A stretch of DNA of 64,000 nucleotides from Candidatus Bathyarchaeia archaeon. GTDB lineage: Archaea; Thermoproteota; Bathyarchaeia; Bathyarchaeales; Bathycorpusculaceae. The stretch spans positions 224,001-288,000 of the forward strand of contig JBEKOM010000001.1 in assembly GCA_049521795.1 (NCBI GenBank), given 5' to 3'. The translations under genes and the position numbers were made by a program. Below are positions 18,042 through 26,352 of the stretch, in pieces. Position 1 is the first letter of the stretch. Each line of letters starts with the position of its first letter. The notes under the pieces are model-generated. The model was given only the letters and a program-made list of their open reading frames with translations. It did no database searches and had not been told where the DNA came from.

Positions 18042-18178
18042 CTACAGAAGAGACTGAAACACAGGGTAAAGCCACAAATCCAATGGACAATCAAGCAGAA
18101 AACAAAGAAGCTTTACTAAGGATAAAGTCTGGTGCTCTATCCGTCCTGAGCTACCCGCCCAACATTTCATTAGGCTGA
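18038..18178 (+). CDS. int: Integrase N-terminal fragment Int(N)
   Basis: AGGTGA RBS then MTTEETETQGKATNPMDNQAENKEALLRIKSGALS; reads the att core in the same frame (GGT GCT CTA TCC) as Int(C). Confidence 0.78.
   Translation: MTTEETETQGKATNPMDNQAENKEALLRIKSGALSVLSYPPNISLG
18129..18160 (-). repeat. Right att site: intronless 5' fragment of tRNA-Arg(CCT)
   Basis: Reverse complement GGGCGGGTAGCTCAGGACGGATAGAGCACCAG is the tRNA 5' end up to the anticodon stem, without the intron. Confidence 0.9.
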
Positions 18179-18264
18179 GACTAGTTTGATGCGGTGTAGA
18201 TTTTAACCTAGTGCCAGCCTCTGCAAAAAAGTTTAACTGCACACAAATATCAACCTTTATCGCT

Positions 18265-18375
18265 GCGGGGGTACCCGAGCCAGGTCTAAATAGGCGGGCC
18301 AGAAGCCTAAGACAAGGGGGAGGACTTAAGATCCTCTGGCGAAGGCCTCCGTGGGTTCGAATCCCACCCCCCGCA
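18265..18375 (+). tRNA. tRNA-Leu(TAA) with a 26-nt D-loop intron (18290-18315)
   Basis: GCGGGGG/CCCCCGC acceptor stem, GAGGA-CTTAAGA-TCCTC anticodon arm, long variable arm, GTGGGTTCGAATCCCAC T-arm. Intron helix GTCT/AGAC with AAA and AAG bulges and a TAGGC/GCCTA stem. Confidence 0.92.
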
Positions 18376-18425
18376 CCTTTTCATTACGCGCTGGAAGAAC
18401 CCACTTGTCACTTCGGAACAATCGG

Positions 18426-19994
18426 TTATGGGTAGTGTTGTAGGAAGTGGTTTGCGAGAATTATTGCGTCTAAGACGTTTACTATGTTGTCGCTGTTCAG
18501 GTCTGCGTTCGGGTTCCAAGCTGGATTGCGCGATGTTAGAAGGAAGGAGTCAGCTAATGTTGCGGCATCCAATTGGTTCACTGTTCCGTCGCCGTTGATG
18601 TCGCCTAGAATGCTTCTAAGATCGAAGGTCAAGGATGCTGAGACATTTTGTCCAAGATAGTTTGAGTTTACGTGCACAGTGTAGTTGCCTAATTCTGTTA
18701 GATCTGTGAGAACAAATGTGGAGTTGTATGTGCCCTGTGTGTCTGTGAAAGGAGCTGCAGTGACGACAGTGTCATTCTTGAGATTTTGAACTTCCATCGT
18801 CACTGACACTTGTGGCACGGGGGATCCGTAGTACGTCAGGTTTCCCTGTACGAGTATCTGCTCGCCTACGTGATAGATCGTCCTGTCCGTTCCTACTGTT
18901 ATTTGGAGCACTGTGATTTTGTAGAAGCCGTCGACCGAAGCAGTCTGGTTGACGGCATTGCCAAGCGTGTCCTCAATCCTTGTGTCGTAGAGGTGCAGTG
19001 GACAAGTCAAAGCGTTCGGAAACAATGCTTGCATCGTCGCGTTGAACTGGATTATTGCCACTGCTCCAGAGCCTTGTGGCCACGGGGGATGCAATGTTCC
19101 GTTTACATCGGGATTCACAACAATGCGAAGCTGAATGTAAGTGAGGTTAACGAGTTGCGTAAGCGATGTTCCCTGGTTTGGCGCAGCTCCGTATGAAGGC
19201 AACCACGGTCCCTCCCAAACGTTCAATACTTGCAGTATCGTACTGTTGTAGCCCAGCTTGAATTCGAAGCCTACGGCTTCCCAGCCAGGGTCTAGGCTGT
19301 TGACTTTGACGCTTATGTTGAAGACTTCACCGACGTTTGATGCAGTGTACGTTGGTGGGTCAACCGAGAAGAACGGGGTCATGACGGGCGGAGACCAGTT
19401 CAGCGTGTAGGTTCCGTTCAGGGTTGTAAGCGGAATTGATTTTGCGCTTATGTTACCCGCAATCGCTTCGCTGAGGCCCAAAGCGGATGACACACTGCCG
19501 CGAAAGGGGGGTGTCTTTCCAACTCTCATGGTCAACGTTGCCAGCGTAAGTTTTCCTTCAGGCGGAAAATTCGCTGTGGTTACATTAACTGGTGCGTATC
19601 CGTCACCAACTGACGCGAGGTTGTCCCTCCAAGTCTGCGCGTAGTCAGCGTAACCGCCAGTGTTGTTGAGTGCCAACTTTACGTTCCACAGGTTGCTCCA
19701 TTTAAAGACGGGCGTTACCGTGTGGAACAAGACTTCTTGTATGTCCTGGCAACTCAGCAATGTTGGATCCCATGTTAGGCGAAATTGGACACCGACGAAC
19801 CCTGTGATGTTGGCGATCGTAACATTGACCGTGAACGTGCTGCCAGAAACCATAGGCGGCGACAGCAACACGATGTCCGAGGGGTCCACAAACACCTTTG
19901 CCCCTTCCGCCGCACGAATTTGAAGCACGTTTGCGAAACTGAGAAGCGCGACCGCAACCATTAGCACTGAGAGAACTCTTACCATACTCTTCAT
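18426..19994 (-). CDS. Secreted protein with two cohesin-like domains, an Ig-like domain and a C-terminal dockerin
   Basis: Signal peptide; FTVNVTI...QFRLTWDPTLL and FNISVKV...EFKLGYNSTIL repeats; GDINGDGTVNQLD and ADLNSDNIVNVLD Ca-binding loops. Confidence 0.82.
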   Translation of the reverse strand: MKSMVRVLSVLMVAVALLSFANVLQIRAAEGAKVFVDPSDIVLLSPPMVSGSTFTVNVTIANITGFVGVQFRLTWDPTLLSCQDIQEVLFHTVTPVFKWSNLWNVKLALNNTGGYADYAQTWRDNLASVGDGYAPVNVTTANFPPEGKLTLATLTMRVGKTPPFRGSVSSALGLSEAIAGNISAKSIPLTTLNGTYTLNWSPPVMTPFFSVDPPTYTASNVGEVFNISVKVNSLDPGWEAVGFEFKLGYNSTILQVLNVWEGPWLPSYGAAPNQGTSLTQLVNLTYIQLRIVVNPDVNGTLHPPWPQGSGAVAIIQFNATMQALFPNALTCPLHLYDTRIEDTLGNAVNQTASVDGFYKITVLQITVGTDRTIYHVGEQILVQGNLTYYGSPVPQVSVTMEVQNLKNDTVVTAAPFTDTQGTYNSTFVLTDLTELGNYTVHVNSNYLGQNVSASLTFDLRSILGDINGDGTVNQLDAATLADSFLLTSRNPAWNPNADLNSDNIVNVLDAIILANHFLQHYP

Positions 19995-20213
19995 TCTGGC
20001 TCATCATATTCTTCTGTGCAACATAGCAAATATTGCTTTTGGATAAATCCTTCAAAGCTTTTCTTATCAGAGAAGAGATAAATTGCGGCAGAGATCACTC
20101 AGCCGAGTGGAATCCGGGTCCCATCGCCTTCACGCTGAAGAAATCAGCGGAAAGAAGCTTAAGAACGACCTCACTCGATAGTTAGGAAAAGCAAGAGAAG
20201 CACGGGTGTCACG

Positions 20214-21179
20214 ATGGCCATAAACGACCTGACGTGTTCAACGATTCTGAGGCTTAGACCGGTTCCGCCGTACGACTTTGTCCTTTCGGTCCACAAGCCC
20301 GCAGGATGGGCCTTGTTGACACCGTTTGAAATATTCGAGAAAGGCGTGCTGTGGACTGCCGTGCGAACGCCTTCAGGAAACGTGCTCGGGTTGAAACTGA
20401 AGTCCTTCGGCACCGTTGAAAGGCCGGAGATATCTTGCGAGACGTACTCTCGAAGAAAGCTTGGATCGAGCGAAACAAAAGAGCTGTCGGAAACCGCAGC
20501 GTGGACGCTGAACCTCAGCGAAGACATCAGTCAGTTCTACATGCTTGCCGAGCATGACCCGTTGGTCAAAGCGTTGGTGAAAGACCTGTACGGAATGAGG
20601 AACACGAGACAGCCTGACATTTTCCCGCGGCTCATCTTGGCCGTGACTCTGCAGATGGCTCCGATATCCAGGAGCAACCAGATGATGGACTTGCTGATCA
20701 AGGAGCACGGCGAAAGAGTAAGGTTCGATGGAAAAGACGTTCTTTACTGGCCCTCTCCAGAGAGGATTGCTAGCACCACGGTTAGAGAACTTGAGAAAAG
20801 ATGCAAGCTCGGTTACCGGGCGAAATCTCTCCGAGGCATAGCCGATGCTATACGCAGGGGTTTCCCATTGCCTCAAGAACTTGAGAAGATGACGGAACAA
20901 GAGGCAAAAGCCAAGCTTATGGAACTCAAAGGCATAGGCGAATACTCCGCGGACATTGTTTCTCCTCACCCTGGATTCGCGCTGGACGTTTGGAGCGCAA
21001 AAATATTCAGCCTGCTCATCCTCGGCGAAGAAGCGGAGTCGCCGCGCAGCGTGATTCCGAAGCTCAAGAAGATCGCTGAGGACAGGTGGGGCCAGTGGAG
21101 AGGCTACGTCTTCATGTACGTGCTTCACGACCTGACCAACTTGTCAAACAGATTCAACCTAGATCTTAAGCGATTCTAA
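20214..21179 (+). CDS. HhH-GPD DNA glycosylase (AlkA/OGG-like)
   Basis: LGYRAK, LMELKGIGEYSA helix-hairpin-helix, LDVW and WGQWRGY. Confidence 0.85.
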   Translation: MAINDLTCSTILRLRPVPPYDFVLSVHKPAGWALLTPFEIFEKGVLWTAVRTPSGNVLGLKLKSFGTVERPEISCETYSRRKLGSSETKELSETAAWTLNLSEDISQFYMLAEHDPLVKALVKDLYGMRNTRQPDIFPRLILAVTLQMAPISRSNQMMDLLIKEHGERVRFDGKDVLYWPSPERIASTTVRELEKRCKLGYRAKSLRGIADAIRRGFPLPQELEKMTEQEAKAKLMELKGIGEYSADIVSPHPGFALDVWSAKIFSLLILGEEAESPRSVIPKLKKIAEDRWGQWRGYVFMYVLHDLTNLSNRFNLDLKRF

Positions 21180-21361
21180 ACACGACAGACGTGACGGCTT
21201 CAGTGCTCCGCTAGTCTTCATCGGAGAGAGGAGCAACGCACACGTTACAGTTACTTTGCGTGATGAGTGCCACTACAAGTGGACCGAGAACTGTTCTTAG
21301 CTAAGAGCAGAAGCTTTACGTTGGGGACAACCAATTCCACAAGCGGATAACAAACAGGCTC

Positions 21362-21703
21362 ATGGGGCAAGAAAGCAGATTGAACACAGAAACAAGGCAA
21401 ATAGCAAGACAGCGCATCCAGACGCTCTTCAACCTAGCAAGGGAAATCGTTCACGAAGACCCTGCCCTAGCCCAACATTACGTGGACACGGCGAGAAAGA
21501 TAGCCATGGCCGCAAAGATTCGCCTAGCGAACGGGTACAGACGCCAAGTCTGCAAGCATTGTAAAGGCTTTATGCTGCCGGGTGTAAGCTGCCGTGTGCG
21601 ACTGAAACAGAGACGGGAACCCCACGTGGTGATCACTTGCCTGAGATGCGGCGGACAGACAAGAATACCGCTAGTGAAGAGAAAGGAGAAGCTGAAAACG
21701 TGA
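21362..21703 (+). CDS. rnp4: RNase P protein Rpp21
   Basis: IARQRI...CKHC...PG...CLRCG Zn ribbon. Confidence 0.93.
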   Translation: MGQESRLNTETRQIARQRIQTLFNLAREIVHEDPALAQHYVDTARKIAMAAKIRLANGYRRQVCKHCKGFMLPGVSCRVRLKQRREPHVVITCLRCGGQTRIPLVKRKEKLKT

Positions 21704-21988
21704 GCAAGCCGACGGCTGCAAAGAAACGATTGATTAGAAGGAAGCTCCGAGGAAAAACCCACGGTGTGGGTTGGCAAAGGAGGAGCCTCAGCAGAGTTGC
21801 TTAAGGAAATCGATAAACAACTGGCGAAAAAGGAGATTGTAAAAGCAAGAATCTTGAAGAGCGCCCTGTCTGAACGCGAAGCTAGGCAGGTTGCTTCAAG
21901 AATCGCTGACCAGACTGAAGCATCGTTGGTAGAATCTAGGGGCCACACGTTTGCACTTTACAGACCGAGCGACCAGGAAAAGCTCTAG
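21700..21988 (+). pseudogene. yhbY: YhbY/CRM RNA-binding protein with an apparent frameshift near 21748
   Basis: GTG 21700 gives MSKPTAAKKRLIRRKL; the conserved EKPTVWVGKGG...EIVKARIL...RGHTFALYR continues in the +1 frame. Confidence 0.7.
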
Positions 21989-21995
21989 TGCTTGG

Positions 21996-22484
21996 TCATT
22001 TCGGCTCCTGTGAACTGCCTTCACCGGAGAGCTTCTTCTCGAATTCAGCTTTCAAGCATGTGAGGTTCTCAGTAACCTTCTCCTTTTTTACCTGCTTAGG
22101 AAACGTTTGAAACGCCACTGAAAGAAGGTCTTGCCTCTTCCATCGTTCGTAACGCCTGTGGAACGATTTTACAAAAGTCCCAAGAACCTGCTGGTCTAAA
22201 TCTCTCGTCTTATCCTCGCTCATAGTCTCGTTCGCCTTCTCCTTCTCCTTGATGTCGATAACGCTAGTCTGAATAAAAGGCGTTCTTCCCAAACTCGCAA
22301 TATTTTTTTCCAGAAACAGCGCTGGCTTTTGATCACAAGTTGCGTTCACCCCTCCCTTCTCACACGAGCCTTCATCGTCAACGAAGGCAAACTGAGGTCC
22401 ATCAATAACGTCTATCATCAAAAAACGAATGTAAAAAGAGGAGTTGTGAAGATAGCCAAGCGACGTGAGTCGTGGGCCAGACAA
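21996..22484 (-). CDS. Hypothetical protein (real start possibly MSEDKTR, ~75 aa)
   Basis: ORF opposite to the surrounding operon; no recognised motif. Confidence 0.35.
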   Translation of the reverse strand: MSGPRLTSLGYLHNSSFYIRFLMIDVIDGPQFAFVDDEGSCEKGGVNATCDQKPALFLEKNIASLGRTPFIQTSVIDIKEKEKANETMSEDKTRDLDQQVLGTFVKSFHRRYERWKRQDLLSVAFQTFPKQVKKEKVTENLTCLKAEFEKKLSGEGSSQEPK

Positions 22485-22540
22485 TATTTATATTCGGCGT
22501 CATGATTTTACTGAAGGAAACCTCAAGAGGACAAGAAGCA

Positions 22541-23008
22541 TTGGTCACCCCAAACGACGTCCCAGCATCTAAACTAATCGAAAGAGTAGCGAAGTACCTG
22601 AAGGAAAACGTGGACGCGGTAACGCCGCCACCATGGGCGGCCATCGTGAAGACGGGTGTTCACGTGCAGCAGCAGCCTCAGAACCCAGACTGGTGGTACG
22701 TCAGGTGCGCCTCGATACTGCGAAAGCTCTACGTTCACGGCCCGGTGGGCATCCAAGAACTGAGGGCTAATTATGGTGGGAGAAAGAGCAGAGGCGTCAA
22801 ACCTCGGCGTGCAGCAAAGGCAGGCGGTTCGATAATAAGAAAGGCGCTGCAGCAGCTTGAAGTTGCAGGCTACGTTGAAACAGTGAAGCCGCGCGGCAGA
22901 AAGGTGACGCCTGCCGGATTGAAACTTTTGAAGGAATTGACTGAAGAAATAGGCGGAGAAATGGTCAAGGAGCTTCCGGAACTCCAGAAGTACCTGAAAG
23001 GTGAGTGA
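22541..23008 (+). CDS. rps19e: 30S ribosomal protein S19e
   Basis: PPWAAIVKTG...DWWYVRCASILRK...IIRKALQQLE; TTG start at 22541. Confidence 0.96.
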   Translation: MVTPNDVPASKLIERVAKYLKENVDAVTPPPWAAIVKTGVHVQQQPQNPDWWYVRCASILRKLYVHGPVGIQELRANYGGRKSRGVKPRRAAKAGGSIIRKALQQLEVAGYVETVKPRGRKVTPAGLKLLKELTEEIGGEMVKELPELQKYLKGE

Positions 23009-23339
23009 TTTGTCAGAGGAAGAGCTGGAGGAGCTTCGCAGAAGAAGACTTTCAGCTCTGCAGAGGCAGATGGGTGATGAACAGCGGGGCGTGCAGGCTG
23101 AGCAGCAGCTGGAACAGCAGAAGCAGGCGCTGCTGAGAAGCATACTGACGCCGGAAGCCAGACAGAGACTGGCGAACCTTAAGATGGTTAGGCCGGATTT
23201 CACTGCACAGCTGGAGCTTCAACTGATCCAGTTGGCGCAGCAGAGAAAAGTGCCTGTACCCCTAACGGACGAGCAGCTGAAGAAGATACTCATTCAACTC
23301 CAAGCTCGCAAGCGTGAGACTACGATAACGAGAAGATGA
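23001..23339 (+). CDS. PDCD5-like dsDNA-binding protein
   Basis: ILTPEARQRLANLKMVRP motif; conserved position after rps19e. Confidence 0.93.
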   Translation: MSDLSEEELEELRRRRLSALQRQMGDEQRGVQAEQQLEQQKQALLRSILTPEARQRLANLKMVRPDFTAQLELQLIQLAQQRKVPVPLTDEQLKKILIQLQARKRETTITRR

Positions 23340-23341
23340 AG

Positions 23342-23497
23342 ATGACTCGAAACAAACCGACAGCAAAAAAACGCAGGCTTGCCAAAGCGGGAAAGCAGAA
23401 GAAACCCGTTCCCTCATGGGCTATAGCCAGAACAGCCGGAAAATTCAGAGTCCACCCCAAGAGGAGACAGTGGCGAACAAGGAAAATAAGGGCGTAG
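23342..23497 (+). CDS. rpl39e: 50S ribosomal protein L39e
   Basis: Below the ORF cutoff; translates as MTRNKPTAKKRRLAKAGKQKKPVPSWAIARTAGKFRVHPKRRQWRTRKIRA. Confidence 0.95.
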   Translation: MTRNKPTAKKRRLAKAGKQKKPVPSWAIARTAGKFRVHPKRRQWRTRKIRA

Positions 23498-23508
23498 GAG
23501 AACGCTTC

Positions 23509-24051
23509 ATGGAGAAAGAGAACGAAAAACAAACTTTGAAGGCCGAGGAGAAGCAGAAAGAACCTGCCGAAACCATGGAGGAGCAGGAGCTGGAGGAAGA
23601 GGCGGAAGAAGAAGCGGAGGAAGCGCCTGAAGAAGAAGTGCAGCCGGTTCCACCGGAAGAAGCAGGCGCCGAAGCGAAAGAAGAAGAGGTACCTGCACCT
23701 GTCGAAGAAGAGGAAGCAAAACCGCCCGCTGAAAAAGAGAAGCCTGAAGAAGAGATAGTTGAGGAGCGAATCTACACGGTTCCGCTGGGCAAAGCTCGGA
23801 TCGTGCCCGCTAACAAGAGAAGCTCGAGGGCAGTGCGGATGCTCAGGAGCTTCATAATCAAGCACATGAAGCTGGAGGCACGCAAGGAAGGAGAGGCAGA
23901 AGAGGAAGAGCCCAAGCGGCTTATCATAAGCAATGAAGTTAACGAGAAGATGTGGAAGAGAGGGATAGAGAAACCTCCGAGAAAAATCCGTGTTCGAGCC
24001 GCAAAGGACAAAGAAGGAAATGTGACGGTTTACTTGGCTGAAGGAGACTAG
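23509..24051 (+). CDS. rpl31e: 50S ribosomal protein L31e with long acidic N-terminal extension
   Basis: ERIYTVPL...RAVR...EVNEKMWKRGIEKPPRKIRV. Confidence 0.95.
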   Translation: MEKENEKQTLKAEEKQKEPAETMEEQELEEEAEEEAEEAPEEEVQPVPPEEAGAEAKEEEVPAPVEEEEAKPPAEKEKPEEEIVEERIYTVPLGKARIVPANKRSSRAVRMLRSFIIKHMKLEARKEGEAEEEEPKRLIISNEVNEKMWKRGIEKPPRKIRVRAAKDKEGNVTVYLAEGD

Positions 24052-24054
24052 TCC

Positions 24055-24762
24055 TTGGCCATTTACCTGTCAAGCCTTTTGGGAAGCGCAAGCATAGGTG
24101 TTTACTCCCTCGTCACCGACAGAATCTTCATAGCTCCATGCTCAGTGCCCATTACGAAAGCCGAAAGGCTCAGTCAATGGATGAAAACAAAGCTGGCCCG
24201 CACGTCAATCGGAGGAACAATCCTCGCCGGAGCACTCGCGTGCGCAAACTCCAACGGCATCCTGCTACCAAAACTCATAAGAGAAGAAGAACTCACGGTC
24301 CTACGACGATGTTTTGAAGGAAACATAACCGTGATGGACACCAAAAAAACCGCCTACGGAAACCTTGTCCTCGCCAACGACCACGGCGCCATAGTGGACC
24401 CCCGGTTCAAAAGCCCAGAAATACAGGAGATTTCCGAAACTCTGGGCGTCGAAGTTGCACGAGGCGAAATCGCAGGCCTGCCATACGTAGGTTCGCTGGC
24501 CGTTGCAACGAACAAAGGAGTTCTAGCACATCCGCTGTTGAAAGACTCGGAGCGCAAACTTCTTGAAGACCTGCTGAAAGTCCCAGTCGACGTCGGCACC
24601 ATCAACTGCGGCATCCCATACGTAGGCACAGGCTTGATCTGCAACGGACACGCGGCCATCGCAGGGTTACTCACAACCGGACCCGAGATATTTATAATAG
24701 GCAATGCACTGGATGTTGTAAAAGAGGATGACCAAGTTGAAAGTCTACAGAGTAACCGGTGA
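24055..24762 (+). CDS. eif6: Translation initiation factor aIF6
   Basis: ANSNG, GNLVLAND, GTINCG and TTGPE motifs. Confidence 0.95.
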   Translation: MAIYLSSLLGSASIGVYSLVTDRIFIAPCSVPITKAERLSQWMKTKLARTSIGGTILAGALACANSNGILLPKLIREEELTVLRRCFEGNITVMDTKKTAYGNLVLANDHGAIVDPRFKSPEIQEISETLGVEVARGEIAGLPYVGSLAVATNKGVLAHPLLKDSERKLLEDLLKVPVDVGTINCGIPYVGTGLICNGHAAIAGLLTTGPEIFIIGNALDVVKEDDQVESLQSNR

Positions 24763-24985
24763 AGTTCTGAAGCCTAACCTAAAAAGCTCGTTCAGAAAAG
24801 AGATACTGGCTGAAAAGCCCGAGCACGCCAAGGAAAAAGTCTACGCAGAATTGGGCAGCAGACACCGAGTGAAGCGTTTTCACATCAAGATAACAAGCAT
24901 CGAAGAGGTTTCGCCAGAGAACATTGAGAACCCGCTGTTGAAGAAGTTCGTCACAGGAGAAGAAGAAGTTGGCAAGCAAGAGTGA
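24728..24985 (+). CDS. rpl18a: 50S ribosomal protein L18Ae/LX
   Basis: KVYRVTG...EKVYAELGSRHRVKR. Confidence 0.93.
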   Translation: MTKLKVYRVTGEVLKPNLKSSFRKEILAEKPEHAKEKVYAELGSRHRVKRFHIKITSIEEVSPENIENPLLKKFVTGEEEVGKQE

Positions 24986-25406
24986 AGAAGAGCTTAGAAG
25001 ACTGACAGTGGAAATGCGACTTCTTGAACAGACGGCCGAAGCATTACAGTCAAGAGCAAACATGATAAACGCCGTCACGACCGACCTGTCCTACGCCCGC
25101 ATGACGCTGGAAGGACTTGAAAAAGAGACTGAAAAATCAGAGCTTCTCGTGCCGATAGGCGGCACGTCCTACGTCAGGGCAAGACTCGAAAACCCGGACA
25201 AGATAATCGTGGGGATGGGCGCAGGAGTCTCGGTTGAAAAAACAAGGGAAGAAGCAAAAGAAATCATCAAGAAGCGCCTAGAAGACCTAGAAAAAACCAG
25301 AGCCTCAATACAGCAGCAGTTCGCTCAAGTCGCAGAAAAGATCAACCTAGACAGAGAAAGAGCCGATGCACTCGTTGCAACGATGAGAGAAGGGAAACTG
25401 CAGTAA
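24969..25406 (+). CDS. pfdA: Prefoldin alpha subunit
   Basis: LLVPIGG...IVGMGAGVSVEK flanked by coiled coils. Confidence 0.94.
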   Translation: MASKSEEELRRLTVEMRLLEQTAEALQSRANMINAVTTDLSYARMTLEGLEKETEKSELLVPIGGTSYVRARLENPDKIIVGMGAGVSVEKTREEAKEIIKKRLEDLEKTRASIQQQFAQVAEKINLDRERADALVATMREGKLQ

Positions 25407-25407
25407 A

Positions 25408-26313
25408 ATGTTTGAAAAACTCAAGTCCGGGCTGAAAGGACTTGTAACCAAAGTAACCACAACCGAGCTGAAACCCGAAAACGTGCGCCCGATACTTTCT
25501 GATTTCAAAATGAACCTCGTGGAGAACGACGTGGCTTATCCCGTGGCCGAACGAATCTGCAGCGAGATGGAGCAACGACTGAACAACGTTCAAGTCAAAA
25601 GGATAGAAGACCGAAAGAAGATCGTGGAGAAGAACCTCCGAGAAGTGCTCCTGGAGACCATGCAGACAAACAACAAGATCGACTTGCTGAAAGCCATAGA
25701 GGATAAACGCAAGAAAGCAGAACCATTCGTCATAGCTTTCGTCGGAATAAACGGCACCGGAAAAACCACAACCATCGCCAAAGTCTGTCACTTCCTCAAC
25801 AAGAACAAGTATTCAGTCGTCATAGCCTGCAGCGACACGTACCGAGCTGGCTCGATCGAACAGCTGGAAGAACACGCAAAGAGGCTCGGCACAAGGATGA
25901 TAAAACACGCGTACGGCGCAGACCCCGCAGCCGTGGCCTACGACACGATCAACCACGCCAAGGCCTACGGAATAAACGTCGTCCTAATCGACACAGCTGG
26001 AAGAATGCAGACAAATCAGAACCTAATGAACGAACTTGCAAAGATCAAACGCGTCGTGAAGCCAGACCTAACAATACTAACCGTGGATTCGCTCATCGGA
26101 AACGACGCCGTCACACAGGCAGAAGAGTTTCAGAAATGCGTCGGAATAGACGCCACCATACTGACCAAAGTGGACGCCGACGTTAAAGGCGGCTCAGCCT
26201 TAAGCGTCACGTACGTCACTCAAAAGCCAATACTGTTCATCGGAACTGGACAAAAATACGACGACCTGGAAGAGTTTAAACCGGAAACCTTCGTGCAGAT
26301 GATTCTGAGATAA
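25408..26313 (+). CDS. ftsY: SRP receptor FtsY
   Basis: GINGTGKTTT, DTYRAG, DTAGR and TKVDADVKGG. Confidence 0.97.
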   Translation: MFEKLKSGLKGLVTKVTTTELKPENVRPILSDFKMNLVENDVAYPVAERICSEMEQRLNNVQVKRIEDRKKIVEKNLREVLLETMQTNNKIDLLKAIEDKRKKAEPFVIAFVGINGTGKTTTIAKVCHFLNKNKYSVVIACSDTYRAGSIEQLEEHAKRLGTRMIKHAYGADPAAVAYDTINHAKAYGINVVLIDTAGRMQTNQNLMNELAKIKRVVKPDLTILTVDSLIGNDAVTQAEEFQKCVGIDATILTKVDADVKGGSALSVTYVTQKPILFIGTGQKYDDLEEFKPETFVQMILR

Positions 26314-26352
26314 TAGAGAAGACAGGTTCGCCACGTGCGAATCATCGAAAAA

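Larger units (their letters stand above)
11631..18142. mobile_element. Integrated rolling-circle plasmid/virus-like element (predicted circle 6498 bp) with split integrase
   Basis: tRNA-derived direct repeats at both ends, a tyrosine recombinase, an HUH Rep, a regulator, cargo genes and a compositional shift from the host. Confidence 0.9.

Noticed and set aside
21190-21290. Possible box C/D sRNA (GTGATGA...CCGA)
   Set aside because: Only one good box pair and no identifiable target.
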